From positions 606,131 to 670,130 of the forward strand of contig OY969116.1 in assembly GCA_963698075.1 (NCBI GenBank): DNA of 64,000 nt, given 5' to 3'. This document shows positions 10,506 to 20,082 of this stretch, piece by piece. The translations under genes and the position numbers were made by a program. Positions within the stretch are counted from its first letter, which is position 1, and the number at the start of each line of letters is the position of its first letter. The stretch is from an uncultured Candidatus Berkelbacteria bacterium (lineage in GTDB: Bacteria; Patescibacteriota; UBA1384; UBA12157; JAENIV01). The notes below the pieces were generated by a model. It was not told where the DNA came from. It saw only the letters and a program-made list of their open reading frames with translations, and did no database searches.

Positions 10506-11867
10506 ATGAGCGCAACCGCTGTCGAAAAACCGAATACGACACCGGAGCGTCGGGAGCGCAAGGACTTCACCACGCTCCTGACCACGGAGTTTGGTGGGCC
10601 AGTTAGGCTCACCTACAGGGAGTTCGACACCAGCGAGAGGGGCGTCAAGATGCGCCGCCTCGCTGGCAACCGCAGCCAGATCGCCAAGGCCCTGGACATT
10701 TCCGAGGACGACGTTCCTTGGATCTTCCCGGTGGCTTGCTGGATCCCGGAGTTGGGCGACACGGTCACGTGTTACGTCCGGCTCTCGTGGTCGGGCAAGA
10801 CGATCAATGCGGTCCCAACGCGCTGGTATGAACTTCAGCGCGTGGGTAAGTGGCAACCACAAAACGAGTTCAACGCCAACGAACTCGTCTTCGAGCAGCG
10901 CGGTAGGGGCTGGGCGACAACGACCAGGCCCTACGTCAAGATCTGGCGGGACTTCCAAGTCACGCCAGACGCTGACGGCAAGGTGCGCTTCGCACCCCGC
11001 ACTGTTGCAGTCCGGCGGGCCATGACTGCCACCTTCTGGATTGCTGGGGCACCGGAGCAGATCCGGAACCTCGGAGTCCGCGAGATCGATGTGTTCCTGG
11101 AACGGCCGGAGGAGCAGTACTCCTACGCCATCCAGGTTCCGATCCTCGGAAGATGGTACACCGCTATCGAACTCGTCGGGCTCACCCGGCTCGAGGCGGT
11201 GCTGGTGGACCTCGACAGCATCCAGAGCAATCTGGAGTCCATGATTTCCAGCGCCGAAGGCTGGGTCATGGACATCCTGCTGCCGACCATCCACCCGGCC
11301 AACATCAACAAGATGGGCCTACCTTCTGGTGCTCTGACTCTGGCCGACGAGGCTAGAAGCAACACCAACCGGCTGGTGGACTGGCTCCGGGGCTGGGCGA
11401 CTTGGGCCGTGGAAGACTTCCGCGCCAAGCGCCGCTCAGGTATCCGGGAAGCTGTCATTGCCATCCCTGAGCCCACCGGTCGCACCTCACGCCAGGACGC
11501 CCTCATGGAATGGAAAGCCGAGCAGATCATTACCCGGCTTGAAAGCCTGGCGGCGGGGACCAAGAAGCAGGAGAGGCCGGACGGCAAGACCAAGCGGCGG
11601 GGCAAGAAGGTTCCTGATGGGCCTAAGGATCGACGCGCTCAGCGCGGTAGGTCGGTGGCCGGCGCCGGGGACGACGTCGACAACTCGATCGGCAGCCGCG
11701 TGAACGGCGCTGATCGCGAGAGGCTCGCTAGGATGGCCAAGAAACCGTCCTTCCGCTACGTCGCCTGCGATGGATGCGGGAGCAAGCACAGGATGCCCCT
11801 GTCCTTCAAGGGCAATTCCGTCCCCCTGGCCAACTGCCCCAGACAGAAGAAAAAGGGCCGGAAGTAA
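10506..11867 (+). CDS. GC-rich hypothetical protein with basic C-terminus and CxxC Zn-ribbon
   Basis: GGAGG RBS; CDGCGSKH...C; followed by hairpin 11887-11916. Confidence 0.65.
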   Translation: MSATAVEKPNTTPERRERKDFTTLLTTEFGGPVRLTYREFDTSERGVKMRRLAGNRSQIAKALDISEDDVPWIFPVACWIPELGDTVTCYVRLSWSGKTINAVPTRWYELQRVGKWQPQNEFNANELVFEQRGRGWATTTRPYVKIWRDFQVTPDADGKVRFAPRTVAVRRAMTATFWIAGAPEQIRNLGVREIDVFLERPEEQYSYAIQVPILGRWYTAIELVGLTRLEAVLVDLDSIQSNLESMISSAEGWVMDILLPTIHPANINKMGLPSGALTLADEARSNTNRLVDWLRGWATWAVEDFRAKRRSGIREAVIAIPEPTGRTSRQDALMEWKAEQIITRLESLAAGTKKQERPDGKTKRRGKKVPDGPKDRRAQRGRSVAGAGDDVDNSIGSRVNGADRERLARMAKKPSFRYVACDGCGSKHRMPLSFKGNSVPLANCPRQKKKGRK

Positions 11868-11964
11868 TCCGGCCAAGTGCCGATCCCCAGCGGGCGGCTC
11901 GAAAGCCGCCCGCTGGATTCTGATTCACACGACACTCTGACGTCACAAGGAGAGAGTTACAACC

Positions 11965-13743
11965 ATGTCTAAGGTGATCGGAATTGATCTCGGTACCACC
12001 AACACGGTGGCTGCCGGAATCCAAGACGGAGAACCGGTGATTGTGCCCTCCGCAGCGGGCACATCAACGACACCTTCGATCGTCGCCTACGCTGACGGCA
12101 AGGTGCTTACGGGCTACACCGCCAAGCGCCAAGCCGTCATCAACCCGACTGGCACGGTGACCGGCATCAAGCGAATCATTGGTCGCCGATTCGATGAGGT
12201 GACGAGCGAACGCGAGACCGCGGCCTACCAGATCGTGGAAGGGCCGGACGGATTCGCGGCGGTCAAGATCGGCGAGACCGTCTTCATGCCAGAGGCGGTG
12301 ACCGCGCAGATCCTGACGACTGTCAAGCGTGCCGCCGAAAAGCACTTCGGCCAGGAAGTGAGCGAGGCGGTCATCACCATCCCCGCTTACTTCAACGACA
12401 CCCAGCGCACAGCTACCCGCAACGCGGGCGCGGTCGCCGGGTTGGATGTCAACATGACCTTTCACGAACCCACCGCCGCATGCATCGCCTACGGGTTCGG
12501 TAAGAAGGCCGTGCCCGAGACAATCCTCGTCTGGGATCTGGGTGGCGGAACATTCGACGTCTCCATCCTCGCCACCGGTGCCACCAACCAGGTGCTCGGT
12601 ACTTCCGGTGACTCGCACCTCGGGGGCAACGATTGGGATGATATCCTCGTTGCCTGGCTCATCAGCCAGATCAAAGAGGCCGGCGTCGACCCGACCGAGA
12701 ACCTCCAGTCACTCACGGCCATCCGCGAGCAGGCAGAGGCCGCCAAAATCGCCCTGTCGAGCGCGGAGACGGTCAAGATCAAACTGCCGTTCATCGGCAG
12801 CAGGAAGTCCGGCCGCCGAAGCGTTCCGGTCCACTTTACCGGGACGCTCACCCGAGAGCAACTCGAGGCCATGAGCGCCGAGCTGCTTGTGCGACTTCGG
12901 TCGCCGTTTAAGCAGGCGCTCAAGAACGCTTCCCTCAAGGTTGACGGCCTCGACGCCGTCATTCTGGTGGGAGGCGCCACCAACATGCCCATGGTCCAGC
13001 GCCTGGCGCGGGAACTCTGCGGCAAGGAACCGCGCACCGTTTCGCGCCTCGAAGAGATCGTGGCGCGGGGTGCGGCGATTCAGGCCGGGGCGTCGGCTCG
13101 AGAATTGGTGGCGCCCGCGCTCTTGGACATCACGCCTCTGTCACTGGGAGTACGCCGGGGCAAAGAGGGAATGGATGTTATCATCCCTCTGGGGACGCGC
13201 ATCCCAGCGACTTTCACCAAGCCCTACACCACGACGGCTAACGGCCAGACGGCCGTGGACATCGAGGTGTGGCAGGGCGAAAGCCCGATCGCCGGCAACA
13301 ACCACTTCCTGGGAAAGTTCACCCTCCCTGGCATTCCGCCGGCGCCCAAGGGCCGCACCAAGATTGATGTGACTTTCAGCATCGACTCCTCGGGCATCCT
13401 GTCGGTATCGGCGATCGACGCCGAATCCGGCAGGAAACGGGCGATCACGGTGACAGGCACGAGCCTGCCGCCGGAGACCATCCGCCGGATGCTCGCCGAG
13501 GCCGAGGCCAACGCCGAAGCCGACCGTCAGCGCCTCGAGGCCGAAGAGGCCAAAGAGGCACTCCGGCCCTTAGTGGCCGAGGCTGAGGAAGCTGCTACCA
13601 AGCTCGAGGGCAAAGAGCGCCAGGACTTCGAACTGGTGCTCGAGAATGGTCGCAAGGCCCTCGAGAGTTCCAACTCCGAGCAGGTCAAGTCTGCGACTGG
13701 CCTGCTCAAGACCGCTCTGGAAGGGACAAAGGCAACTGCCTGA
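11965..13743 (+). CDS. dnaK: Hsp70/DnaK-family chaperone (divergent copy)
   Basis: GIDLGTTN, TIPAYFND, EPTAA, DLGGGTFDVS, LVGG, LLDITPLSLG, IDVTFSID motifs. Confidence 0.92.
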   Translation: MSKVIGIDLGTTNTVAAGIQDGEPVIVPSAAGTSTTPSIVAYADGKVLTGYTAKRQAVINPTGTVTGIKRIIGRRFDEVTSERETAAYQIVEGPDGFAAVKIGETVFMPEAVTAQILTTVKRAAEKHFGQEVSEAVITIPAYFNDTQRTATRNAGAVAGLDVNMTFHEPTAACIAYGFGKKAVPETILVWDLGGGTFDVSILATGATNQVLGTSGDSHLGGNDWDDILVAWLISQIKEAGVDPTENLQSLTAIREQAEAAKIALSSAETVKIKLPFIGSRKSGRRSVPVHFTGTLTREQLEAMSAELLVRLRSPFKQALKNASLKVDGLDAVILVGGATNMPMVQRLARELCGKEPRTVSRLEEIVARGAAIQAGASARELVAPALLDITPLSLGVRRGKEGMDVIIPLGTRIPATFTKPYTTTANGQTAVDIEVWQGESPIAGNNHFLGKFTLPGIPPAPKGRTKIDVTFSIDSSGILSVSAIDAESGRKRAITVTGTSLPPETIRRMLAEAEANAEADRQRLEAEEAKEALRPLVAEAEEAATKLEGKERQDFELVLENGRKALESSNSEQVKSATGLLKTALEGTKATA

Positions 13744-13765
13744 GTCCCTCATGAGCACGCCTATC

Positions 13766-13795
13766 AGAACCCCCGGTCACCCGACCGGGGGTTCT
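13766..13795 (+). terminator. Hairpin terminator
   Basis: AGAACCCCCGGTC/GACCGGGGGTTCT 13-bp stem. Confidence 0.75.
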
Positions 13796-13809
13796 TCATA
13801 TCCAAGGCA

Positions 13810-13838
13810 TTGACATTTATCTTGCCTTCTGGTATACT
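13810..13838 (+). promoter_or_regulatory. Sigma70 promoter
   Basis: TTGACA-17-TATACT with extended -10 TG. Confidence 0.75.
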
Positions 13839-13913
13839 ATTTGAGACGCAATTGAGTAACAGCCCGAGCCAAAGAACAAATTGCGCGCACATTCACAAGG
13901 AGCGCCAGTGACC

Positions 13914-15590
13914 ATGTATCGTGATAATCAGCCCCCTGAACTTGTTGCCACTCTTACCTTCAAGCCCGGCGATCCGTCAAAGGATTCACGACTGGTCACG
14001 TATTATGACAGCAAGACCGTCATCCCCTGCACTCGTTGCCGACATTGCGGCTTTGGTGAGTGGGAAGCCACTCTCGAGCCCGGCAAGGAATACCCGGTGA
14101 TTCTGGAGGAACGTCAGAGGCGCCAAGGAACAGCAATCATCGTCTCCTACGTCGCCCATGCCTGGATCCCCAAGCAGGTATCACCATTCTGGCAACAAAT
14201 CGTCGCCCCGATTGAGACGATTGAGATCGGCTCCACTGGTCTTGAGATTGTCTTTTTGGGCGGCATGGCCGAGGCTGGCTCGCGGGCCTGTGCCCTCATT
14301 ATCTACAAGGGTCATGCCCTCCTGGTCGACTGTGGGATTAACGTTGCCTCTCTTTCTAGAGGGGAGACGCTTGCCTCCCACGAGATTGACCTCGAGGACT
14401 ATGAATCCTTGGCCAGGATGAAGGAACTCCCGGATTTTCCCATTCTCACCCACTTCCTGGAGTCAAGAGAGATCCAGCTGGTCGGGATTCTGGTGACCCA
14501 TAGCCACTTAGACCATTACGGTGGACTGGTGGCCCTCAAGTCCATTCTGGGTGAGCTGATGCCTCAGATCTACGGTACCCAGTTTACCCGCTCGATGATC
14601 AGCCATTACTGCTCTGACCGCGGTTTCCCTTATCCAAGGCTTGAACCGATTACTCCGGGAACCGAAACCGCCATCGGACCGTTTCGCATCCTGCCGTTTG
14701 GGGTTCCTCATGCGGTGATGGATGCTCTTGGCTACTCCATTGGGGTTGAAGGCGAACCTTCCCGCGTGGTGTTCTCGGGCGATCTCAAGGCCCACTACCG
14801 AACGCCCCGTGATATCTTTACCTTCACCGAGGCCCTCAAAGGCCTCCCGCCAACCAAAGCCCTGGTACTTGACTCAACCAACGCCAGCGTGCCTGGTCTT
14901 TCCGGGCTCGAGGATGAGGTTGAACAGGGGATGATCGAAATCCTCAGCCGCGCACCGGGCCGAGTGATTGTCACCTTCTTTTCAACCCGCTTCGATCGGC
15001 TCCAGATGCTCGTGGAACTGGGCGCCCTTTTCGGCAAGGAAGTCGGTGTCTGGGGTGCGAGTTTCAAGCCCACGCTTGAAGCCGCCAGAAATCGCGGTCT
15101 GTACTTTTCCAACCTTGCCGAGGATAAGGTATTCGAATGCGACATCATCGCGGTTACCGGCTGTCAGGCCAATGATACTTCTGTCGCCTGGCGCCTGGCC
15201 CTAGGCGAGCGGTGCGGTGGCATCAGCCTTCGGCCTGACGATACCTTCGTCCTTTCGGCGGTGCCAATCCCGGGCCGGATTACTCCGGTCCGGATGATGC
15301 TCGAAAACTGCCTGAACATCACTGGATCCGAGGTCTGGGTAGACCACTACACCAAGAGGGCGCCCGTGGGTTGCCGCAAAACCCGCACTCACGTGTCTGG
15401 TCACGGCTTCCAGGAGGACATCCGGATTATCTTCGAAAGTCTCCAGCCAGAGTACGTCATCCCGTACCACGCCTCTCTGCCGGCGATGGTTGACCTCGCT
15501 GATCTCGTCACTTCCCCCAACACTCGCCACTGTCTTGATCCGAGCCGAGTTATCCTCTTTGAGGACAACGGCGGCACTATCGTTCTCTAG
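13914..15590 (+). CDS. RNase J-like metallo-beta-lactamase/beta-CASP nuclease with N-terminal extension
   Basis: LGG, VDCG, THSHLDHYGG, SGD, DSTNA, HVSGHG, PYH motifs; ACAAGGAG RBS before ATG 13914. Confidence 0.8.
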   Translation: MYRDNQPPELVATLTFKPGDPSKDSRLVTYYDSKTVIPCTRCRHCGFGEWEATLEPGKEYPVILEERQRRQGTAIIVSYVAHAWIPKQVSPFWQQIVAPIETIEIGSTGLEIVFLGGMAEAGSRACALIIYKGHALLVDCGINVASLSRGETLASHEIDLEDYESLARMKELPDFPILTHFLESREIQLVGILVTHSHLDHYGGLVALKSILGELMPQIYGTQFTRSMISHYCSDRGFPYPRLEPITPGTETAIGPFRILPFGVPHAVMDALGYSIGVEGEPSRVVFSGDLKAHYRTPRDIFTFTEALKGLPPTKALVLDSTNASVPGLSGLEDEVEQGMIEILSRAPGRVIVTFFSTRFDRLQMLVELGALFGKEVGVWGASFKPTLEAARNRGLYFSNLAEDKVFECDIIAVTGCQANDTSVAWRLALGERCGGISLRPDDTFVLSAVPIPGRITPVRMMLENCLNITGSEVWVDHYTKRAPVGCRKTRTHVSGHGFQEDIRIIFESLQPEYVIPYHASLPAMVDLADLVTSPNTRHCLDPSRVILFEDNGGTIVL

Positions 15591-15680
15591 AGCGATCCCA
15601 AGAACCCTTCCCACCCCCGCGTCCCACGCGGGGGTGTTTCGTATTTACAAATCTTTCTCGTTATGCTATGCTTTGGTGTC

Positions 15681-16631
15681 ATGACCATTCGTCAAACCTA
15701 TAATTTAGCCATCGCGATGGGCATTGCCGCTGATCCAAGGGGAAAGCGGGGGATTGAAAAGTGGCTCCAGCGCCAGCGCGCCAAATATAATAAACTTTCC
15801 CGCGATGAGCGCGCCTTATATGACCGCGAGCGCTTAACCAATCCTTATGCCGATACTCGCATTTTATTTGGCGATCCCAATGCCCGCGTCAAAACTATTT
15901 TAGCCGGCATTGATATTAATTCTGGCGATATAGCGCTTTCTAAAACCTTAAACCTGAAACCTGATCTCATCATCAACCACCATCCTCAAGGCAAAGCCCT
16001 GGCCGCTTTAGACGAGGTCATGAATTTACAAGCTGATTTGATGGCGGCCCAAGGCGTGCCCATCAATGTTGCCGAGGGCGTCATGAAAGCCCGCATCGAA
16101 CAAGTTTCCCGCACACTTGCCGGCGCCAATCACTACGAAACCGTTGACGCCGCCAAACTCGCTAAAATCCCATTTATGTGCACTCACACCGTTTGCGATA
16201 ATAATGTTTATAATTTTTTGACAAACTGGCTCGCCCACAAGCATTTTGAAACCGTTGGCGAATTAGTTGAGGCCCTCAAAAAGATTCCTGAATACAAAAT
16301 CGCCGCTCAAAACAATGCTGGTCCGCGCATCTTTGCCGGCTCACCCGAAAATCGAACTGGTAAAATTGTCGCTTTAGAAATCACTGGCGGCACCGAAGGG
16401 TCAAAAGAAGTTTATGAAAAATTAGCCCAAGCTGGAGTGGGCACGATTATCGGCATGCATATGAAAGATGAAAACCGCGAAGAAGCCCTCAAATATCACA
16501 TCAATGTCGTCATTGCCGGCCACATCTCTTCCGACTCCATCGGCATGAATTTGTTCTTAGATAAACTCGCTCAAAAAGGAATTAAAATCATCCCAGTTTC
16601 TGGTTTAATAAGAGTTAAGAGAACTAAATAA
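15681..16631 (+). CDS. NIF3-like (YbgI) protein
   Basis: NPYADTRIL, GID, HHPQG, HTVCDN, GGTEG, GMH, AGHISSDSIGMN. Confidence 0.8.
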   Translation: MTIRQTYNLAIAMGIAADPRGKRGIEKWLQRQRAKYNKLSRDERALYDRERLTNPYADTRILFGDPNARVKTILAGIDINSGDIALSKTLNLKPDLIINHHPQGKALAALDEVMNLQADLMAAQGVPINVAEGVMKARIEQVSRTLAGANHYETVDAAKLAKIPFMCTHTVCDNNVYNFLTNWLAHKHFETVGELVEALKKIPEYKIAAQNNAGPRIFAGSPENRTGKIVALEITGGTEGSKEVYEKLAQAGVGTIIGMHMKDENREEALKYHINVVIAGHISSDSIGMNLFLDKLAQKGIKIIPVSGLIRVKRTK

Positions 16632-16652
16632 TTTCCCAAATGAAAGGCGGGC

Positions 16653-17396
16653 ATCTTCAAAGTCAAAGCCCTCAAAACGTGTAAAATCGTCGCCCACGAG
16701 TTAAGCCTCGAACAAATTCTCGATCGCTATTTGCCCAAAATGAAGGAAAATAGCATTTTAGCCGTCACTTCCAAAATTATCGCCATTGCCGAAAATCGGG
16801 TGGTACCCATCGGCAAAATTGATAAAAAAGCCCTCGTCGAAAAAGAAGCTGATTTATTTATTCCTCAAGATAAAAACAAATACGGCTTCACGATTACCAT
16901 AAAAGGTAGTCTGCTCATTCCTTCGGCTGGCATCGATGAATCCAATGGCAACGGTTATTATATTCTCTGGCCGAGTGACCCGCAAAAATGGGCCAATAAA
17001 ATTAGAAATTATCTTAAAAAACGTTTTGGTCTCCAAAATATCGGCGTCATCATCACTGACAGCAAAACTACCCCACTCAGATGGGGCACCACCGGCGTCA
17101 TGCTGGCCCACGCCGGCTTTAAAGCCTTAAAGAATTACATCAATGAGCCGGACATTTTCGGCCGGCCCTTGCAAGTCACCAAGGCCAACGTTGCCGATGC
17201 TTTAGCGGCTGCGGCGGTGCTCTCCATGGGCGAAGGCAATGAACAAACTCCTCTGGCGATTATAAGCGAGGTGCCTTTTGTAAATTTTCAAAAAAACAAT
17301 CCTTCTAAAAGAGAACTTTCAGGCTTAGCCATCTCGCTTGAAGACGACATCTACGGTAGCATTCTCGGCGCCGTAAAATGGAAAAGATCTAAATAA
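16653..17396 (+). CDS. CofE-like gamma-glutamyl ligase
   Basis: TSKIIA, AGIDESN, GVIITDSKTTPLRWG, DIFGRPL, MGEGNEQTP; frame open back to ATC at 16653. Confidence 0.8.
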   Translation: MFKVKALKTCKIVAHELSLEQILDRYLPKMKENSILAVTSKIIAIAENRVVPIGKIDKKALVEKEADLFIPQDKNKYGFTITIKGSLLIPSAGIDESNGNGYYILWPSDPQKWANKIRNYLKKRFGLQNIGVIITDSKTTPLRWGTTGVMLAHAGFKALKNYINEPDIFGRPLQVTKANVADALAAAAVLSMGEGNEQTPLAIISEVPFVNFQKNNPSKRELSGLAISLEDDIYGSILGAVKWKRSK

Positions 17397-17460
17397 ACTC
17401 GCTCAAAAAGGCATCAAAATCATCCCCGTTTCAGGTCTCATTAGAGTTCGCAGAAAATAA

Positions 17461-18210
17461 TTATTTCTTTCGCCATAAAGTCCAAAAATCGAAACGTTCG
17501 ATTTCAGCGAGTTCTTTTGATTCAATCACAATCATATTAGTGGCGTTCTCTCTTATCGTCAAATAACAAATTTGATCTCTCCAAACCCATTTTTCCGCGT
17601 TCGCCCTCCAGGCATTTTTGTATGGTTTATACAAAATATGAGGGCGGCCAACTATTTCTCGATGTTTTTGGGCGGCTTTAGTATCAGGTAAAATCAAATA
17701 AGTTTTAACTCCCGTTTTATCGTTGAATGCCAAATATTTATCGTAGAACTCTTTATCCATCCCGTACCAATATTCCACATTCCCCGTGGACCAAATCAAA
17801 ATCTCATCACCTTTTTTAGCTCCTTTCATATATTGCCTGTACCACTCGCGCATCGCCAGAGGATTCTCATAAACAGTGATTAGAGGAATGGCTCGTTCGG
17901 CGGAGGCTTGAGATTTTAAAACTGGCATAATTTTGAGGACTTTTTCTTTATTTTTTTGGGCAATATCGGCCAAAATGTCTGGTTCAACGGCTTTGTAATA
18001 ATCCTTGTTGCCAAGGGCAATTTTCTTAATCAGACCCTTTCCCATCATCCCAGGCAATAAAAGATAAACCATCTGGCGGGTGTCGTCCATTTTTTGACCT
18101 AATTGGATGGCCGAAGCCGGACCGAGTTTTAGCGCTGTCAAATATAATCGCGCTTCATTTTTATGAAGGCCAATTGCTTCTAATAGATTATAGATTGCGT
18201 CATTGTTCAT
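17461..18210 (-). CDS. TrmB-family transcriptional regulator (1)
   Basis: IGLHKNEARLYLTALKLG...RQMVY wHTH; C-terminal IIES..LAE..R..F..LW. Confidence 0.85.
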   Translation of the reverse strand: MNNDAIYNLLEAIGLHKNEARLYLTALKLGPASAIQLGQKMDDTRQMVYLLLPGMMGKGLIKKIALGNKDYYKAVEPDILADIAQKNKEKVLKIMPVLKSQASAERAIPLITVYENPLAMREWYRQYMKGAKKGDEILIWSTGNVEYWYGMDKEFYDKYLAFNDKTGVKTYLILPDTKAAQKHREIVGRPHILYKPYKNAWRANAEKWVWRDQICYLTIRENATNMIVIESKELAEIERFDFWTLWRKK

Positions 18211-18255
18211 AGCTTGCACCGAGCTTGTCGAGGTGTAAAATATTTTCTTTACATT

Positions 18256-18331
18256 ATTATATCATATTCTATTTTCAAGGTCAATACTCGTCGTATATAT
18301 ACTTGACATTCGAGCGATAATGTGATATAAT
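18256..18331. promoter_or_regulatory. Back-to-back sigma70 promoters
   Basis: Minus strand TTGACC-17-TATAAT (18284-18256); plus strand TTGACA-17-TATAAT (18303-18331). Confidence 0.8.
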
Positions 18332-18402
18332 CAGTTGTTCACGATGGGAGATGGCCTGTTACAGGTTAGCCCATCGGAACGAACCTTACAAGGAGCAAAT
18401 CA

Positions 18403-18669
18403 ATGAAACTGGGCTGGATTCTGATGACGCCGGCATTGGTATACATAGCAACGGGGATAATCTATGCCTTCACCCAGAAAAACCCTTTGCTAAATAGCCG
18501 ATTCTACTTCGGTTCCCTCTGGTTCCGCGATCTTCTGGAGAGATTGTTTCCAGGAAAGATCGATCCCAACAAAGATTGGAGGGCTGCTGTCTCTGTTCTG
18601 CTACTGCTAGCCATCTTTATGATGGCCTTTATCGGACTTCGACTACTACTCGATATGCAGGAAGGATAA
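18403..18669 (+). CDS. Small two-TM hypothetical protein
   Basis: ACAAGGAG RBS; two hydrophobic helices. Confidence 0.6.
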   Translation: MKLGWILMTPALVYIATGIIYAFTQKNPLLNSRFYFGSLWFRDLLERLFPGKIDPNKDWRAAVSVLLLLAIFMMAFIGLRLLLDMQEG

Positions 18670-18764
18670 TCATCCGCCCCTCGGTTCCCGAGGGGCGCAA
18701 CCTCGAGTTCCATTAGATACAGGGGTATCTAAAGGGATTGGAGAGTTAACAAAGGAGAAGACAC

Positions 18765-19292
18765 ATGTGGACCACAGGAGAACTGGTCGTTCTAGCCGTT
18801 GTAATATGGTTTCTCATCGGCGGCGTGATCATGTTCCGGATTGGCAATGGAACAGCCGCGCCATTCGCTGTATTTCCGTTCCTCTGCCTACTCTGGCCGC
18901 TGGTCCTGATCCTCCGCCGTTACAACAAGAGGTTCCGGAGGCTGTTGGAAGAGAGTACCTGGTTCAGGTGGCCACCTTTGTCTTGCGAATCTTGCCAACT
19001 CATGGGCGACACCGGCCCGAACGATAGGTGTGGAGAGAAGATGAGAAAAGATGAAGCGAAACTGGATCCTCGCAACAGGTGGAATCGCTGGCATCATGAT
19101 CGCCATCCTCGTGCCTCACATCCACAAGGTGGAGATCGCGCGAGCGTTGGCAGATGCCAAGGCGACCATGGCCCCTGTCTGGACGGTCGCCTCTGTAAGC
19201 CGGTTCACCTTCGAAGGCGACAGAAAGTACGAAACTGGCCTAGTCGTTCCGCATGGCTATGTTCGCCTCTGGATCAAGCCGGCCAACGGTGA
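18765..19292 (+). CDS. Small membrane protein (3' extent doubtful)
   Basis: AAAGGAG RBS; two TM then CxxC; the tail overlaps the next ORF by about 240 nt. Confidence 0.45.
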   Translation: MWTTGELVVLAVVIWFLIGGVIMFRIGNGTAAPFAVFPFLCLLWPLVLILRRYNKRFRRLLEESTWFRWPPLSCESCQLMGDTGPNDRCGEKMRKDEAKLDPRNRWNRWHHDRHPRASHPQGGDRASVGRCQGDHGPCLDGRLCKPVHLRRRQKVRNWPSRSAWLCSPLDQAGQR

Positions 19293-19539
19293 GAAGTTTG
19301 AGGGGAAGGAAGCGTATCTGATCGTCGCGACCGGGGAAAGCCCCCAGCTCGAACAGTATCTCAAGGTCAAGCCTGGTGACCAGCTGTACTTCGTGCTCGA
19401 CCAAGAGAATCCCGATCATCTGTCAGGATGGGATTCCTTCGAGAAACTACGGCTCTGGATGGTCGTCCCCGAAGAGAAGCAGAAGGACTATCCAGGCGAC
19501 TTTCGCCAGCACCCGGAATACAGATTTCAGCGCTGGTAA
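19051..19539 (+). CDS. Exported/membrane-anchored hypothetical protein
   Basis: MKRNWILA signal-like N-terminus; terminator GGCGGGGGC/GCCCCCGCC-TTTTT at 19575-19602. Confidence 0.6.
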   Translation: MKRNWILATGGIAGIMIAILVPHIHKVEIARALADAKATMAPVWTVASVSRFTFEGDRKYETGLVVPHGYVRLWIKPANGEKFEGKEAYLIVATGESPQLEQYLKVKPGDQLYFVLDQENPDHLSGWDSFEKLRLWMVVPEEKQKDYPGDFRQHPEYRFQRW

Positions 19540-19638
19540 GAACCATGAGCCGACGGGCACACCGCACGAGTTCTGGCGGGGGCCAAAAGCCCCCGCCTTT
19601 TTGTTATTTTTTCTTTCCCCGGCGCTCTCTTTACCCCC

Positions 19639-20082
19639 TTATGGCCGCCAGAGTTTTTGCTGAGGGTTGTCTTGAACAATTTTATCCTCGACGACTTTAA
19701 AATACTCTTCAGCCGCATCAACTGCGTTCTTGGCTTCAGTCTTAACAACAGAAATCGGCTCGTAATAAACCTTATTTCTTTTGGTCGACATTCTGTTATA
19801 AATTGCCGTTAATGTATTAAATTTTACCCCTAAAACTGATTTGGCAAACTTTACCATTATTTTGTGGTGTCCTTTTCTAGACCCGGTACGATAACCCTTG
19901 GATAGCATTAAAGCTAAAGTGGTCGTGACTAATGAATCATAAGCTAATTTAAAAGCCGAGTCAGCGTCGCCGTCAATGAGTTTTTTAGCAGTTTGGTAAG
20001 TTTTTGCTGCTTTCTTTAAATAGTCGTTAATTTGTCTGAAGTTAACTGGCTGTCTTCTTAGTTTCGAAAAGTCGAAGCTCAT
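19639..20082 (-). CDS. HEPN-domain protein (toxin of an MNT-HEPN pair)
   Basis: AFKLAYDS...GYR...GHH...KRNKVYY pattern; overlaps the MNT gene. Confidence 0.75.
   Translation of the reverse strand: MSFDFSKLRRQPVNFRQINDYLKKAAKTYQTAKKLIDGDADSAFKLAYDSLVTTTLALMLSKGYRTGSRKGHHKIMVKFAKSVLGVKFNTLTAIYNRMSTKRNKVYYEPISVVKTEAKNAVDAAEEYFKVVEDKIVQDNPQQKLWRP

Noticed and set aside
5757-15684. Many long overlapping and antisense ORFs in the GC-rich islets
   Set aside because: Shadow frames expected at high GC3; the RBS-, promoter- and motif-supported frames are on the plus strand
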